From: a virus
Lineage: Duplodnaviria > Heunggongvirae > Uroviricota > Caudoviricetes
Length of the DNA: 64,000 nucleotides
Virus record (IMG/VR): IMGVR_UViG_3300024333_000003
Strand: one strand, 5' to 3'
Position 1 is the first letter of the stretch, and each line of letters opens with the position of its first letter. Both the position numbers and the translations under genes were made by a program. This document shows, in pieces, positions 1 through 8,536 of this stretch. The notes below the pieces were generated by a model. It did not search any database. It was not told where the DNA came from and was given only the letters and a program-made list of their open reading frames with translations.

Positions 1-39
1 ACAGATATAAAAGGTGTACAAAAGAATACGTTTATAGAT

Positions 40-558
40 ATGTATTCAAAAAATACACGGGTACAACAATGGAAACATTATTATGAAGTTGTACAGACCA
101 GATCCTTGGAAACTAGAAAGAGCAGGGAATTTTATTTTACGGCTATAACTAATATGCTCGCTAATAGTAAGATTCCTAGGGAACGTGCAGAAATCTACGC
201 AGAAATACCTGATGTAGAAAGTCTGTGGAAACCCTCTGCCATTTCGCATCGTGGCGCCATGGGATTATGGCAAATAATGCCTAACACTGCAAAACGATAT
301 GGGTATAAACCAAATGATATGTATGAGCCAGCAAAAGCTACACAATGCGCTATAAAATATCTGATTTTTTTGGATTCCCTATATAGTGGAGATGTTGCGG
401 CGGTACTATTCGCTTATAATGGAGGCGAAACCGGTGTTGCAACACATGCCAAAATATTTCAAACTAAGAATTTTTGGCATATAGAATTTACAAACCGAGA
501 AACATATAATTTTGCTCCAAAGGTCATAGGAGCGTGGTTGTACAATAACAAATATTAA
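40..558 (+). CDS. SLT-domain lytic transglycosylase; the reading frame is open to nt 1, so the gene may be 5'-truncated by the window edge
   Basis: VESLWKPSAISHRGAMGLWQIMPNTA matches the E-S...GLMQ catalytic motif of the SLT family. No stop codon between nt 1 and the ATG at 40. Confidence 0.6.
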   Translation: MYSKNTRVQQWKHYYEVVQTRSLETRKSREFYFTAITNMLANSKIPRERAEIYAEIPDVESLWKPSAISHRGAMGLWQIMPNTAKRYGYKPNDMYEPAKATQCAIKYLIFLDSLYSGDVAAVLFAYNGGETGVATHAKIFQTKNFWHIEFTNRETYNFAPKVIGAWLYNNKY

Positions 559-560
559 AT

Positions 561-1361
561 ATGAACGCATTAAATACCTATTTTAAAGATGTTTCAAAAT
601 ATGGGGTATTAGACGCAGATAAACAAACAGAGATGGTGCTGAGTGCACAACAGGGAGATAAAAAAGCGCAGCATCATCTCGTTGCGTCCAATCTGAAATT
701 CGTCATTTCAGTGGCTCGTCAATATGTAGGACAAGGAATACCGTTAGAAGATCTAATTGCCGAAGGAAATTTAGGTATTTTAAAAGCTATTGATCGCTTC
801 GATCCAGATCAAGGTACTAAATTCCTGACTTATGCCGCATGGTGGATCAGACAATCTATATTATTTGCTTTAGCTGAACACAATAGACAAATTCGGTTGC
901 CAGCCAATCGAATTGGTATATTACAACAATACAATAAAGCGATAATGCAGATGGAACAGGAGTTGAATAGAGAGGTGTCTTCGGGTGAAGTATTGGCAGA
1001 GTTGGGATTGGAAGCCGAAGATCTTGTGCGTCAATCAAGTGTAAGTTACCATACCATCATAGATGAGGGTACTATGCTTATTGATTTGCTACCTAATCCA
1101 GACGGCGAATCTCCTGATGCGGCTTTATTAAAAGATGCATTGAAACAAGAAATACGTCATGTGTTGGCATTGATTCCTACACGAGAACGTACTATATTAA
1201 AAATGTATTATGGTTTCGATGCACAACGAACTTATACACTGGAAGAAATAGGTGAAAAACTAGGTCTTACCAGAGAACGTATAAGACAATTAAGAAACAA
1301 AGCTATAAAAGATCTACGTAGATTAAACCGTAGACGAAAACTCGAGAATCTGAAAGATTAA
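561..1361 (+). CDS. RNA polymerase sigma-70 family factor, primary-sigma-like, with regions 1.2/2/3/4 but no region 1.1
   Basis: DLIAEGNLGILKAIDRFDPDQGTKFLTYAAWWIRQSI is near-identical to RpoD regions 2.1-2.4. TLEEIGEKLGLTRERIRQLRNKAIKDLR matches the region 4.2 HTH. Confidence 0.85.
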   Translation: MNALNTYFKDVSKYGVLDADKQTEMVLSAQQGDKKAQHHLVASNLKFVISVARQYVGQGIPLEDLIAEGNLGILKAIDRFDPDQGTKFLTYAAWWIRQSILFALAEHNRQIRLPANRIGILQQYNKAIMQMEQELNREVSSGEVLAELGLEAEDLVRQSSVSYHTIIDEGTMLIDLLPNPDGESPDAALLKDALKQEIRHVLALIPTRERTILKMYYGFDAQRTYTLEEIGEKLGLTRERIRQLRNKAIKDLRRLNRRRKLENLKD

Positions 1362-2378
1362 ATGGTACATTTTATAAAAACCACAGGGAAAGAATTCGAT
1401 GAGGCATTAACTTTTCTAAAGACTTTGAAAGTAATAAACGTAGATACAGAGACTACAGGCATTGATGCCATACGTGATAAAATATTGTTAATACAAATGG
1501 GAAATATGTATCAACAATATGTCTTTGATGTCGCACGTTTACATGATAGCATCCAGTTATTACGCCCCTTCTTTGAGAGTCAAAGCATAACGAAAATAAT
1601 GCATAACGCAAAATTTGATTATAAATTCCTAAAAAGAGACCTGGGTATAGAAACAGAAAATATATTTGATACTATGTTAGCCGAACAATTGTTACAAAAA
1701 GGGCGAAAAATGTCCGGGTTCGGATTAGATGTAGTAAGTGAAAAATATACCGGTGTTTTGTTAAATAAAACAGTACGCCAGACGTTTCAAAATATGTCTT
1801 ACGGGGATGCAATAAGTACCCCACAAGTTGAATATGCGGCAGGTGATATAAAGCATTTGGCAGCAATAATGGACGCCCAACAAAAACTTATAATTAGAGA
1901 TAATTTGCAACAGGTTATAAATACTGAGATGGGTGTTATTATGGCTACTGGTGATATGGAATTAAATGGTATGAAAATAGACCGTACCAAATGGCTAGCA
2001 GCTGAAGCTGTGGCAAAACGTGAAAGAACTGTTGCCTTAGATAAGTTAGATAAAATGCTGATACCGTATATCGAAAATGACATTTTTGGAAGACCTATTA
2101 TTAATTATAACAGCCCAAAACAGTTACTTAACGTGCTACAAACGGCTGTCGACAAAAATATCACAACGACTCGTGAAGGGGAATTGAAAGAAATTAGTCA
2201 TCCCATTATCGATGCGTTGTTATATTATCGTGGAATGGAAAAACGTGTAACTACTTATGGTGAAGCGTTTTTAAAAAATATACACGAACTAACTGGATTA
2301 ATACATACTGAATTTAATCAAGCCGAAACTGATACCGGCAGGTATAGCAGTAAAAACCCTAAAATATTGGGGGTTTAA
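1362..2378 (+). CDS. polA: Family-A DNA polymerase, 5' part (3'-5' exonuclease domain plus N-terminal polymerase). It ends inside motif A at TGRYSSKNP, so the exon probably ends at nt 2360.
   Basis: Exo motifs (VDTETTG, YAAGD). The C-terminus TGRYSSKNP matches the start of the PolI motif TGRLSSSDPNLQNIP. The ORF terminates 4 codons into the intervening sequence. Confidence 0.8.
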   Translation: MVHFIKTTGKEFDEALTFLKTLKVINVDTETTGIDAIRDKILLIQMGNMYQQYVFDVARLHDSIQLLRPFFESQSITKIMHNAKFDYKFLKRDLGIETENIFDTMLAEQLLQKGRKMSGFGLDVVSEKYTGVLLNKTVRQTFQNMSYGDAISTPQVEYAAGDIKHLAAIMDAQQKLIIRDNLQQVINTEMGVIMATGDMELNGMKIDRTKWLAAEAVAKRERTVALDKLDKMLIPYIENDIFGRPIINYNSPKQLLNVLQTAVDKNITTTREGELKEISHPIIDALLYYRGMEKRVTTYGEAFLKNIHELTGLIHTEFNQAETDTGRYSSKNPKILGV

Positions 2379-2633
2379 TGAAAATTAAACAAAAAGGTGC
2401 TAATTCGAGGAAACGCTCAAAGAGCCAATCTCGAGCTAAACTTAAGAAGATTGTTTTATCTTTGTGGAAATCTAAACACCGACTTAAGAAACGTGTAACG
2501 ACTAGTCGAAAGACGTAGCGATAAGTATCGCGAAATACACCTCACATTTGTGATGAAATAGTCTGATCTATATAGTAATATATAGCTGGAAAATATTCCG
2601 GAGGTAATTTAACGCATTACCTCGAACAAAATG
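2361..2633 (+). other. Putative self-splicing group I intron (~273 nt, no ORF) interrupting polA between ...KNP and NLQNIP...
   Basis: The 5' exon ends in U (cct) and the intervening sequence ends in G. An internal guide GGGGUU (2370-2375) can pair with the exon end AACCCU (P1). An R-like element AACGACUAGUC (2497-2507) and S-like AAAUAGUCUGA (2556-2566) give a P7 pairing GACUA/UAGUC. Joining the two parts restores the conserved TGR.SS..PNLQNIP motif. Confidence 0.6.
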
Positions 2634-3431
2634 AACTTACAAAATATACCTGTAAAAGATACATCGCTATACCGTGAAGCATTTGTTGCTCACACGGACG
2701 AAGATTTGTTAGTAGATGCTGACTACTCAAATATGGAATTGCGAATTCTCGCAGACCTTTCAAAAGAACCTAAATGGATGGAAATTTTTGAAAAGAATTT
2801 AGATATGCACTGCGAAATTGGTTCCGTAGTTATGGGAAAACCTATACGACTAAAAGGTACTAATGGGCCCGACGACCCAGGTGAAAATCTTGAATTACGC
2901 AAAATTGTAAAATCGCTTAATTTCGGAATTTCATATGGAATGGGGGCACAAAAACTCGCGAGAGAAGCAAAAATACCTTTTGCGGAGGCCCGACAAATAA
3001 TTAATAGTTATTGGGCTAGTTTCCCAAACGTCAAAAACTTCTTTGACGCATATGTTGCGAAGTGCATAACTAATAGATGTGTGCGTTCGCCATATGATAA
3101 TAGATTGCGCTGGCTAGAAGGATTCGATTTCGATTCCAATAAAGAGCGCGCTCGCGTGCGTAATATGACAATGAATTTTCCGATGCAGTCGGGAAATGCT
3201 AGTATAACAAAAATTGCTCTTACACACATACGCGAAGAAATAAAAAAAAGTAAATCAACTGCAAAGATTATTTGCACAATTCATGATGAGATTATACTAA
3301 ACGTGAAAAAATCTCAGGCTGAAGAAGCCGAAGCTATGCTTCGAAAATGCATGTTAGAAGCAGGTGAGCTTTACGTAAAAAACGTAAAAATAAAAGTTGA
3401 ATCATGCATAGCCCCCTATTGGAAGAAATAA
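2631..3431 (+). CDS. polA: Family-A DNA polymerase, 3' part (polymerase palm/fingers). The spliced exon probably starts at 2634.
   Basis: NLQNIP at the N-terminus. O-helix/motif B RKIVKSLNFGISYGMG. Motif C HDEIIL. Confidence 0.8.
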   Translation: MNLQNIPVKDTSLYREAFVAHTDEDLLVDADYSNMELRILADLSKEPKWMEIFEKNLDMHCEIGSVVMGKPIRLKGTNGPDDPGENLELRKIVKSLNFGISYGMGAQKLAREAKIPFAEARQIINSYWASFPNVKNFFDAYVAKCITNRCVRSPYDNRLRWLEGFDFDSNKERARVRNMTMNFPMQSGNASITKIALTHIREEIKKSKSTAKIICTIHDEIILNVKKSQAEEAEAMLRKCMLEAGELYVKNVKIKVESCIAPYWKK

Positions 3432-3697
3432 TGAATGGATTTCAATATTATTTCATGAAGGGATTAGAACTGACAGAAGGTACTAAATTAACAGAATATG
3501 AGCGTTACAATATAGCAACAAAATATGCGCAAGGAATGGCATTATGTGACTTAACAGATAGCTTTCGCGTATTGACTGGTGCATTAAGTTCTATACCAGC
3601 GGAGCTGAATAAGTTGAACGATCGGTATTCAAGTACCAGTCTGGCTTATATAGCAAAAGACATCGAAAATATATCAAAATTTTTCTATAAAAATTAA
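3404..3697 (+). CDS. hypothetical protein
   Basis: ORF with compatible codon usage. Overlaps the polA end by 28 nt. Confidence 0.3.
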   Translation: MHSPLLEEIMNGFQYYFMKGLELTEGTKLTEYERYNIATKYAQGMALCDLTDSFRVLTGALSSIPAELNKLNDRYSSTSLAYIAKDIENISKFFYKN

Positions 3698-4074
3698 TGC
3701 AAGAATTTAATTCAGTAAAAGACAACGGAGTACGGGAAGAGTTTGTCACTGGCTCACGGAGAGATACTCGTGAAGGTAAAGGACGTTTTGATCTAATACC
3801 CACAATACCTCTGCGTAGATTAGCAAGACATTACGAAAACGGTGCTGTAAAATATGGTGATCGTAACTGGGAAAAAGGTCAGCCATTAGGCCGTTATCTA
3901 GATAGTGCTTTCAGACACTTAATATGTGTCATGGAGGGACAAACTGACGAGGATCATGTTAGTGCAGTAAGTTGGAATATGTTCGCATATTTACATACAT
4001 TGGAACGTATCAACAATGGAGAACTGCCTGTAGAACTTGATGACATCGGACATAGTAAAAGACCTAAAGTATAA
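3697..4074 (+). CDS. putative dATP/dGTP diphosphohydrolase-like (MazG-like N-terminal domain) protein
   Basis: RFDLIPTIPLRRLARHYENGAVKYGDRNWEKG resembles the phage dNTP pyrophosphohydrolase N-terminal domain family. Confidence 0.4.
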   Translation: MQEFNSVKDNGVREEFVTGSRRDTREGKGRFDLIPTIPLRRLARHYENGAVKYGDRNWEKGQPLGRYLDSAFRHLICVMEGQTDEDHVSAVSWNMFAYLHTLERINNGELPVELDDIGHSKRPKV

Positions 4075-4080
4075 ACAATA

Positions 4081-4116
4081 AACCCCGGTAGATAACTATC
4101 GGGGTTTATTTTTTTT
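4081..4116. terminator. bidirectional rho-independent terminator between convergent gene blocks
   Basis: Hairpin aaccccg-N12-cggggtt followed by a T9 run. Confidence 0.8.
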
Positions 4117-4122
4117 ACCTAA

Positions 4123-4794
4123 TTAAGGTAATTCTATAGGTATAATTTTTGTACAGCGTACTAATGCACTTTCCATAACAATATATTGTTGTCCTTGTAT
4201 TGTCATTTGATGACTTTGAATCATGCAATTCTCTGCATAAAAAGCTGCGACCCATGGACCGGCACCTTCAGCAATTTGTGTAACAGTGTCGCTGCTTTGA
4301 TACAAAATGGCCAATCCAAAAGGTGTATTAAAGAATGATGATGCTAAGTTCATATAGAATTTACCGCCTGTTTCAACTGATGGATCCGATGCATTATATG
4401 CTTGTTCAAATCCAGGTGCATCGTCTCTAGTTGTTGGAGTAACTGCAGTTGATTTATCAGTTATAGCTCCCAACAACGAATTTCCATTGAATACTACTCT
4501 ATTCAATTGTATTTGTGCATAGGTTCGACCTGGTAACAAGTAAGGTACACGTGACCCTAATTCAAATAATTGAATAATATTTTTATTCTGCTGTATAGAC
4601 GCTGAGTCAGTAAGCCCGATTGGAACTAAGTCGGTTACGTTCCCACTAAAGACTGCCGGACCTGCGGCAAGTACTATAGATTCTGCAGAAATAAAATTAT
4701 TGAGTTTTCCATCAGGTAATAAAATATCCTGCTGTTGTGCATGCTTCGTTTTAAACTCCCATTGTGCAACGGTTGACGTTGTTTCTACTGCCAT
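4123..4794 (-). CDS. hypothetical structural protein, tail tube-like by position downstream of the sheath candidate
   Basis: 223 aa, beta-rich composition. Last gene of the operon before the terminator. Confidence 0.3.
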   Translation of the reverse strand: MAVETTSTVAQWEFKTKHAQQQDILLPDGKLNNFISAESIVLAAGPAVFSGNVTDLVPIGLTDSASIQQNKNIIQLFELGSRVPYLLPGRTYAQIQLNRVVFNGNSLLGAITDKSTAVTPTTRDDAPGFEQAYNASDPSVETGGKFYMNLASSFFNTPFGLAILYQSSDTVTQIAEGAGPWVAAFYAENCMIQSHQMTIQGQQYIVMESALVRCTKIIPIELP

Positions 4795-4808
4795 GATAAT
4801 TTATCTCC

Positions 4809-6452
4809 TTAGAATATCAAATCGATCTTAATATAATTTACTGGATATGGTGGTAATATTGTTATACTTACCAACACAGTATCCCTGCTTACAGTATCCT
4901 GTGCAACAGATGCTACAACAAAATCATTCAAAATTCCATCACGTATTAACAAGCTACCGGCGCCCTTTATCGCGATTGTAATCATATCTAATGTAGCACG
5001 ATTAATTACATATCTACCAATAAATGGCTCTACGGCACTACGTACAAATTTCGCTGTATAATCTACAGTTTTTGTAATACTTACTTCACGTTTTTCTATC
5101 GAACTCATGTCGGTCGATAACTGATGACGACATACGATAGGAGACGTGAGTTTTGATTGCTTCAAAATATAAGTTCCGCCTTGTGCGATTGTATTTAATT
5201 GTGCTTCAGTGAAATAATCGGAACTATATTTTAGTGAATTAATGTTTGCTAACGAAAGGTTCGTCATTGGTTGTTGTGGTGTATTTCCCGCAATCATGCC
5301 TGCTACTGCTGGCACACCTATTACTGAAATAGGTACTGGTACATAAGCATAAAAGAACACATCACCAGTTTCCATAGCATGCGCTCTTAATGCCAACCAT
5401 AGTGCTTCAGTTATTTCTACACCAAGTCCAGCAACTGGACGAACTGTGTAATTTCGGTAAGCTGTTTGTGAATTGGTGGCACTAAATGTTACTAATTGAT
5501 CGATGTATGCATTTACAGTTACACTATAACCGCTCGTATATAAATCACTAATATACTGGGGTCTCAATGTTGAGATATGTCTTAGTTCTCTTATAAATGC
5601 TACATCAGGGAAAACGTAAATAACGCGTTTTGCGCCTACGCCGGCCGACATTGCAGAATAAGCGGTCGCAGTAGCTGCTTTTGATGCACCCCAAGGAATC
5701 TTAGGCCCACCAAACACTATTCGCTCTTTCTTAGCTGTCGATAACGACATAGCGTTTACATGTGTTTTATAATTTGCAATAATTGCTGTATCATAAGTTA
5801 ATGGCGCTAACGCGTACACTTCTTTTGCTTCTAAATCTGTCATAGCCAACGTGTGACTTGCTGAGGCAGTTGCAATACCTGACACATTACAAGTAATAGA
5901 TGCAAAATCGTCAACAACAGTTCCGTATGCATATGTAGCTGCGTTACCGTTATTCAAAGTCTCGACCAACGCAAATCCCAACGGATTCAGCGCCGATACA
6001 TCTGTCATTTCATCTACAACGGCTTGTAAAGATTCATATAATTCTACCGACATCAGATCTGAACGTAATGCGCGATAACCGATAAACACAGAGGCGCCAT
6101 TCCAATCAGCATTAGCCGGAACGGTCACTGTGCCGGCATTCGCATCTATCGTCAGTCCACTTGCTATAATAAGACGAGATCCCACTGGATTGGTCACTGT
6201 ACCAGTAGCTTTCATAACTAGATCAACATAGACTGACGTCGAATCTAAAGCCATTCCTGCTTCAAAACCATGCAATGTATAAGTTGTCTGTGAGCCATCA
6301 AATACAGCATAATCACTGTCTTTGGTTGAATCTAATGCTTCTACATGGTACGCTGGGCCAATAACAGCCGGTACTAAATCTGGCTGAATTAGTGTTGGAG
6401 AAACTGTCTTTTGAATTTGATTTACCTCTACTTGAGGCGGATTATATGCCAT
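4809..6452 (-). CDS. putative contractile tail sheath-like protein
   Basis: 547 aa with Thr/Ser/Ala/Val-rich composition typical of sheath proteins, followed by a ~220-aa tube-sized gene. No motif-level proof. Confidence 0.35.
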   Translation of the reverse strand: MAYNPPQVEVNQIQKTVSPTLIQPDLVPAVIGPAYHVEALDSTKDSDYAVFDGSQTTYTLHGFEAGMALDSTSVYVDLVMKATGTVTNPVGSRLIIASGLTIDANAGTVTVPANADWNGASVFIGYRALRSDLMSVELYESLQAVVDEMTDVSALNPLGFALVETLNNGNAATYAYGTVVDDFASITCNVSGIATASASHTLAMTDLEAKEVYALAPLTYDTAIIANYKTHVNAMSLSTAKKERIVFGGPKIPWGASKAATATAYSAMSAGVGAKRVIYVFPDVAFIRELRHISTLRPQYISDLYTSGYSVTVNAYIDQLVTFSATNSQTAYRNYTVRPVAGLGVEITEALWLALRAHAMETGDVFFYAYVPVPISVIGVPAVAGMIAGNTPQQPMTNLSLANINSLKYSSDYFTEAQLNTIAQGGTYILKQSKLTSPIVCRHQLSTDMSSIEKREVSITKTVDYTAKFVRSAVEPFIGRYVINRATLDMITIAIKGAGSLLIRDGILNDFVVASVAQDTVSRDTVLVSITILPPYPVNYIKIDLIF

Positions 6453-6457
6453 AATAG

Positions 6458-7348
6458 TTAACTTTCTGGATTAATTAATGTTTTTGGTACATCATATGCT
6501 AGCATCTTCGCACCCATGATTGGACTAGCTAGTCCCCAGCCTAATGCTGTAGAGGTGCCTTTAAATAATTTTTTATGTAATGGTGCTGGACTTCCATCCG
6601 GATTTGTAGTCGTCGCACCCTCGAGTACACCAAAACCTATGCCTGATCCCATCCCGGCACCAAGCGCTTTACCTAACAACGAACGGCGATAACGATAACC
6701 ATCTTTTATATAATGCATGGACTCATTTGCTTCACGTCCTAAAACTTTCATTGTACGTGTTGCGACATTTCCTTTTATTCCCAATTCAGCGGCAGTCGCC
6801 GGATCTGCAATGGCCATTCCACCACGAAATGCATTACCAATTGCGCGTGTAACCGCAGATCCTTGTGGGACACTCATTTGTTGTATCGGAGCTTTTTTCG
6901 TAAATGATAACATCGGTCTATTTAGAGGACCATCTATTTTTTTAGTTGGTATTGGTCTTAAATGTTCCGGAGTTGCCCAATTTTGAGAAATATATTTTGC
7001 TGCTCCACGAACACTATCCTTTATTGTACCGCCTTCGGTTGCTAATTGCTTTAGATTATTACCTAACCCCAATATTCTTGCCGAATCCGCGCCACCTGCA
7101 CCAAATCCTGCATATGTTTTCCCGCCAAAATATCCGGCTAGCCCGCCTGCGGTCGCTCCTACTAGAAACCCTTTTGATTTTTCCCCTTCAGGCGCCTGAC
7201 TAGCGCCAAGTATTCCACCACCCAAAGCTCCGGCGGTGGAACCAACCGCTTTTGCAGTAATAGGATTAATTGCCTTTGAACTCAGATTTATTAATCTGGG
7301 GGCTATCTTACCAAAAAGTGCTGCTAAAGGATTTGCTTCTTTTATCAT
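6458..7348 (-). CDS. Gly-rich hypothetical virion protein
   Basis: Repeated GGxxG / Gly-zipper stretches (GGGILGASQAP, GATAGGLAGYFGG). Confidence 0.3.
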   Translation of the reverse strand: MIKEANPLAALFGKIAPRLINLSSKAINPITAKAVGSTAGALGGGILGASQAPEGEKSKGFLVGATAGGLAGYFGGKTYAGFGAGGADSARILGLGNNLKQLATEGGTIKDSVRGAAKYISQNWATPEHLRPIPTKKIDGPLNRPMLSFTKKAPIQQMSVPQGSAVTRAIGNAFRGGMAIADPATAAELGIKGNVATRTMKVLGREANESMHYIKDGYRYRRSLLGKALGAGMGSGIGFGVLEGATTTNPDGSPAPLHKKLFKGTSTALGWGLASPIMGAKMLAYDVPKTLINPES

Positions 7349-8172
7349 GTAATTTCTGTGGTTGTAGTGAATTCAATGTAATGCAATAATGTATCATACA
7401 TATATGGTGCACCGCTTAATGTAAACAACCTATCTATACCATTACCTGGGCCTAACTCTTCCGTTTTTTCTTGTAATGTAATACCATCTAAAAATCTTGC
7501 ATAAACTGTTAACCCTGATACTAATGGACGTGTGAACCAAATATATTGGCCAGATACAGTATACGTTGCATAATCTGCAACTTCATCATATCCGATGATC
7601 GATTGTAAGTAAGCAGTGCCAAACCCGCCTGTATAAATTCTTATATCGTAATTACCCGCTACAGTAGCTATGACACTTTGTTTCGAATAATATACTGTGA
7701 CTGGAACTACTACTGCGCGACCAATTACATCTAATCGAATTAACGATTCTTCGCCCATTTGTATATCTAACAATTGATGAATTTCATTCTTTCGAAAATC
7801 ATCTTTGTAAGCTACTAAGGCATTAAAAAGAACATCTGCAACTAAATTTGCCTCAATACCATTAGGCGAGATACATTGATAAGTCACAGATCCAACTACC
7901 AAATCGGATCTAACTTTTGTTTTGTTATCAATGCCAAGACCAGGAAACGCCTCGCGTTGATCGATGGAAGTGCGTGCCCAACGTTTAGTATTTTCGGTTA
8001 ATATTATTGCTGGATACTTTTCATTGGTGCCGGCTACAGCCGAAAATTTATCGCCTATGAAAATACCTGTTAATTTAGGATTTACGTTCCAAGTATACTT
8101 ATTTGGCACGTCCCTAAAATAATGTTGCGCAAAAGATAAAAATGTACGTTTAATGTTTAGAGATAGACTCAT
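7345..8172 (-). CDS. hypothetical structural protein
   Basis: ORF in the structural operon. Confidence 0.3.
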   Translation of the reverse strand: MSLSLNIKRTFLSFAQHYFRDVPNKYTWNVNPKLTGIFIGDKFSAVAGTNEKYPAIILTENTKRWARTSIDQREAFPGLGIDNKTKVRSDLVVGSVTYQCISPNGIEANLVADVLFNALVAYKDDFRKNEIHQLLDIQMGEESLIRLDVIGRAVVVPVTVYYSKQSVIATVAGNYDIRIYTGGFGTAYLQSIIGYDEVADYATYTVSGQYIWFTRPLVSGLTVYARFLDGITLQEKTEELGPGNGIDRLFTLSGAPYMYDTLLHYIEFTTTTEIT

Positions 8173-8318
8173 CTATCTTTTCCTCTCCAAACAACAACTC
8201 TTCCAAAGATTTTTCTTTCTTCGGTTTTATTTTATCCTCTGCTTCTTTTCGCATTTTTTGGGCCAATTGCACATCAGTTTGATGTACTTTTGGCTCCAAT
8301 CGCACTTTAATATTCATA

Positions 8319-8346
8319 TATTACGTATTATTCTGCTGATTGTCAA
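8319..8346 (-). promoter_or_regulatory. sigma-70-like promoter (TTGACA-16-TAATAT) reading leftward into the 8172 to 4123 operon
   Basis: Minus strand reads ccTATTGACAatcagcagaataatacgTAATAT. Confidence 0.4.
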
Positions 8347-8536
8347 TAGGCACTAAAAGCATATGAAAATCCTTATCCACTTGATCAACTAACGCTTTCA
8401 CTTTTGGACTATCTTCCTCGTATATATCTAATTCCAATCTCCACACATGTGTAGATTTCATGCGTTTGATGCCTACGATATTAATTTTTATAGTTTTGTC
8501 TTGAATAGTTTCTTCAGATTCTTCCGTTGATTCCAT
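8321..8536 (-). CDS. hypothetical small acidic protein
   Basis: 71-aa ORF. Confidence 0.25.
   Translation of the reverse strand: MESTEESEETIQDKTIKINIVGIKRMKSTHVWRLELDIYEEDSPKVKALVDQVDKDFHMLLVPIDNQQNNT

Noticed and set aside
2379-2630. Interpretation of polA as two independently translated genes (a split polymerase)
   Set aside because: Exon 2 has no RBS within 20 nt of its ATG. The intervening sequence shows group-I intron hallmarks (U at the 5' splice site, terminal G, IGS, P7). Splicing is therefore favoured, although a split gene is not excluded.
8150-8318. 55-aa charged small ORF (MNIKVRLEPKVHQ...) on the minus strand below the track threshold
   Set aside because: Its ATG directly abuts the -10 hexamer of the 8319-8346 promoter, so it would lie upstream of the transcription start. 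It also overlaps the start of 7345-8172. It is probably not a gene.
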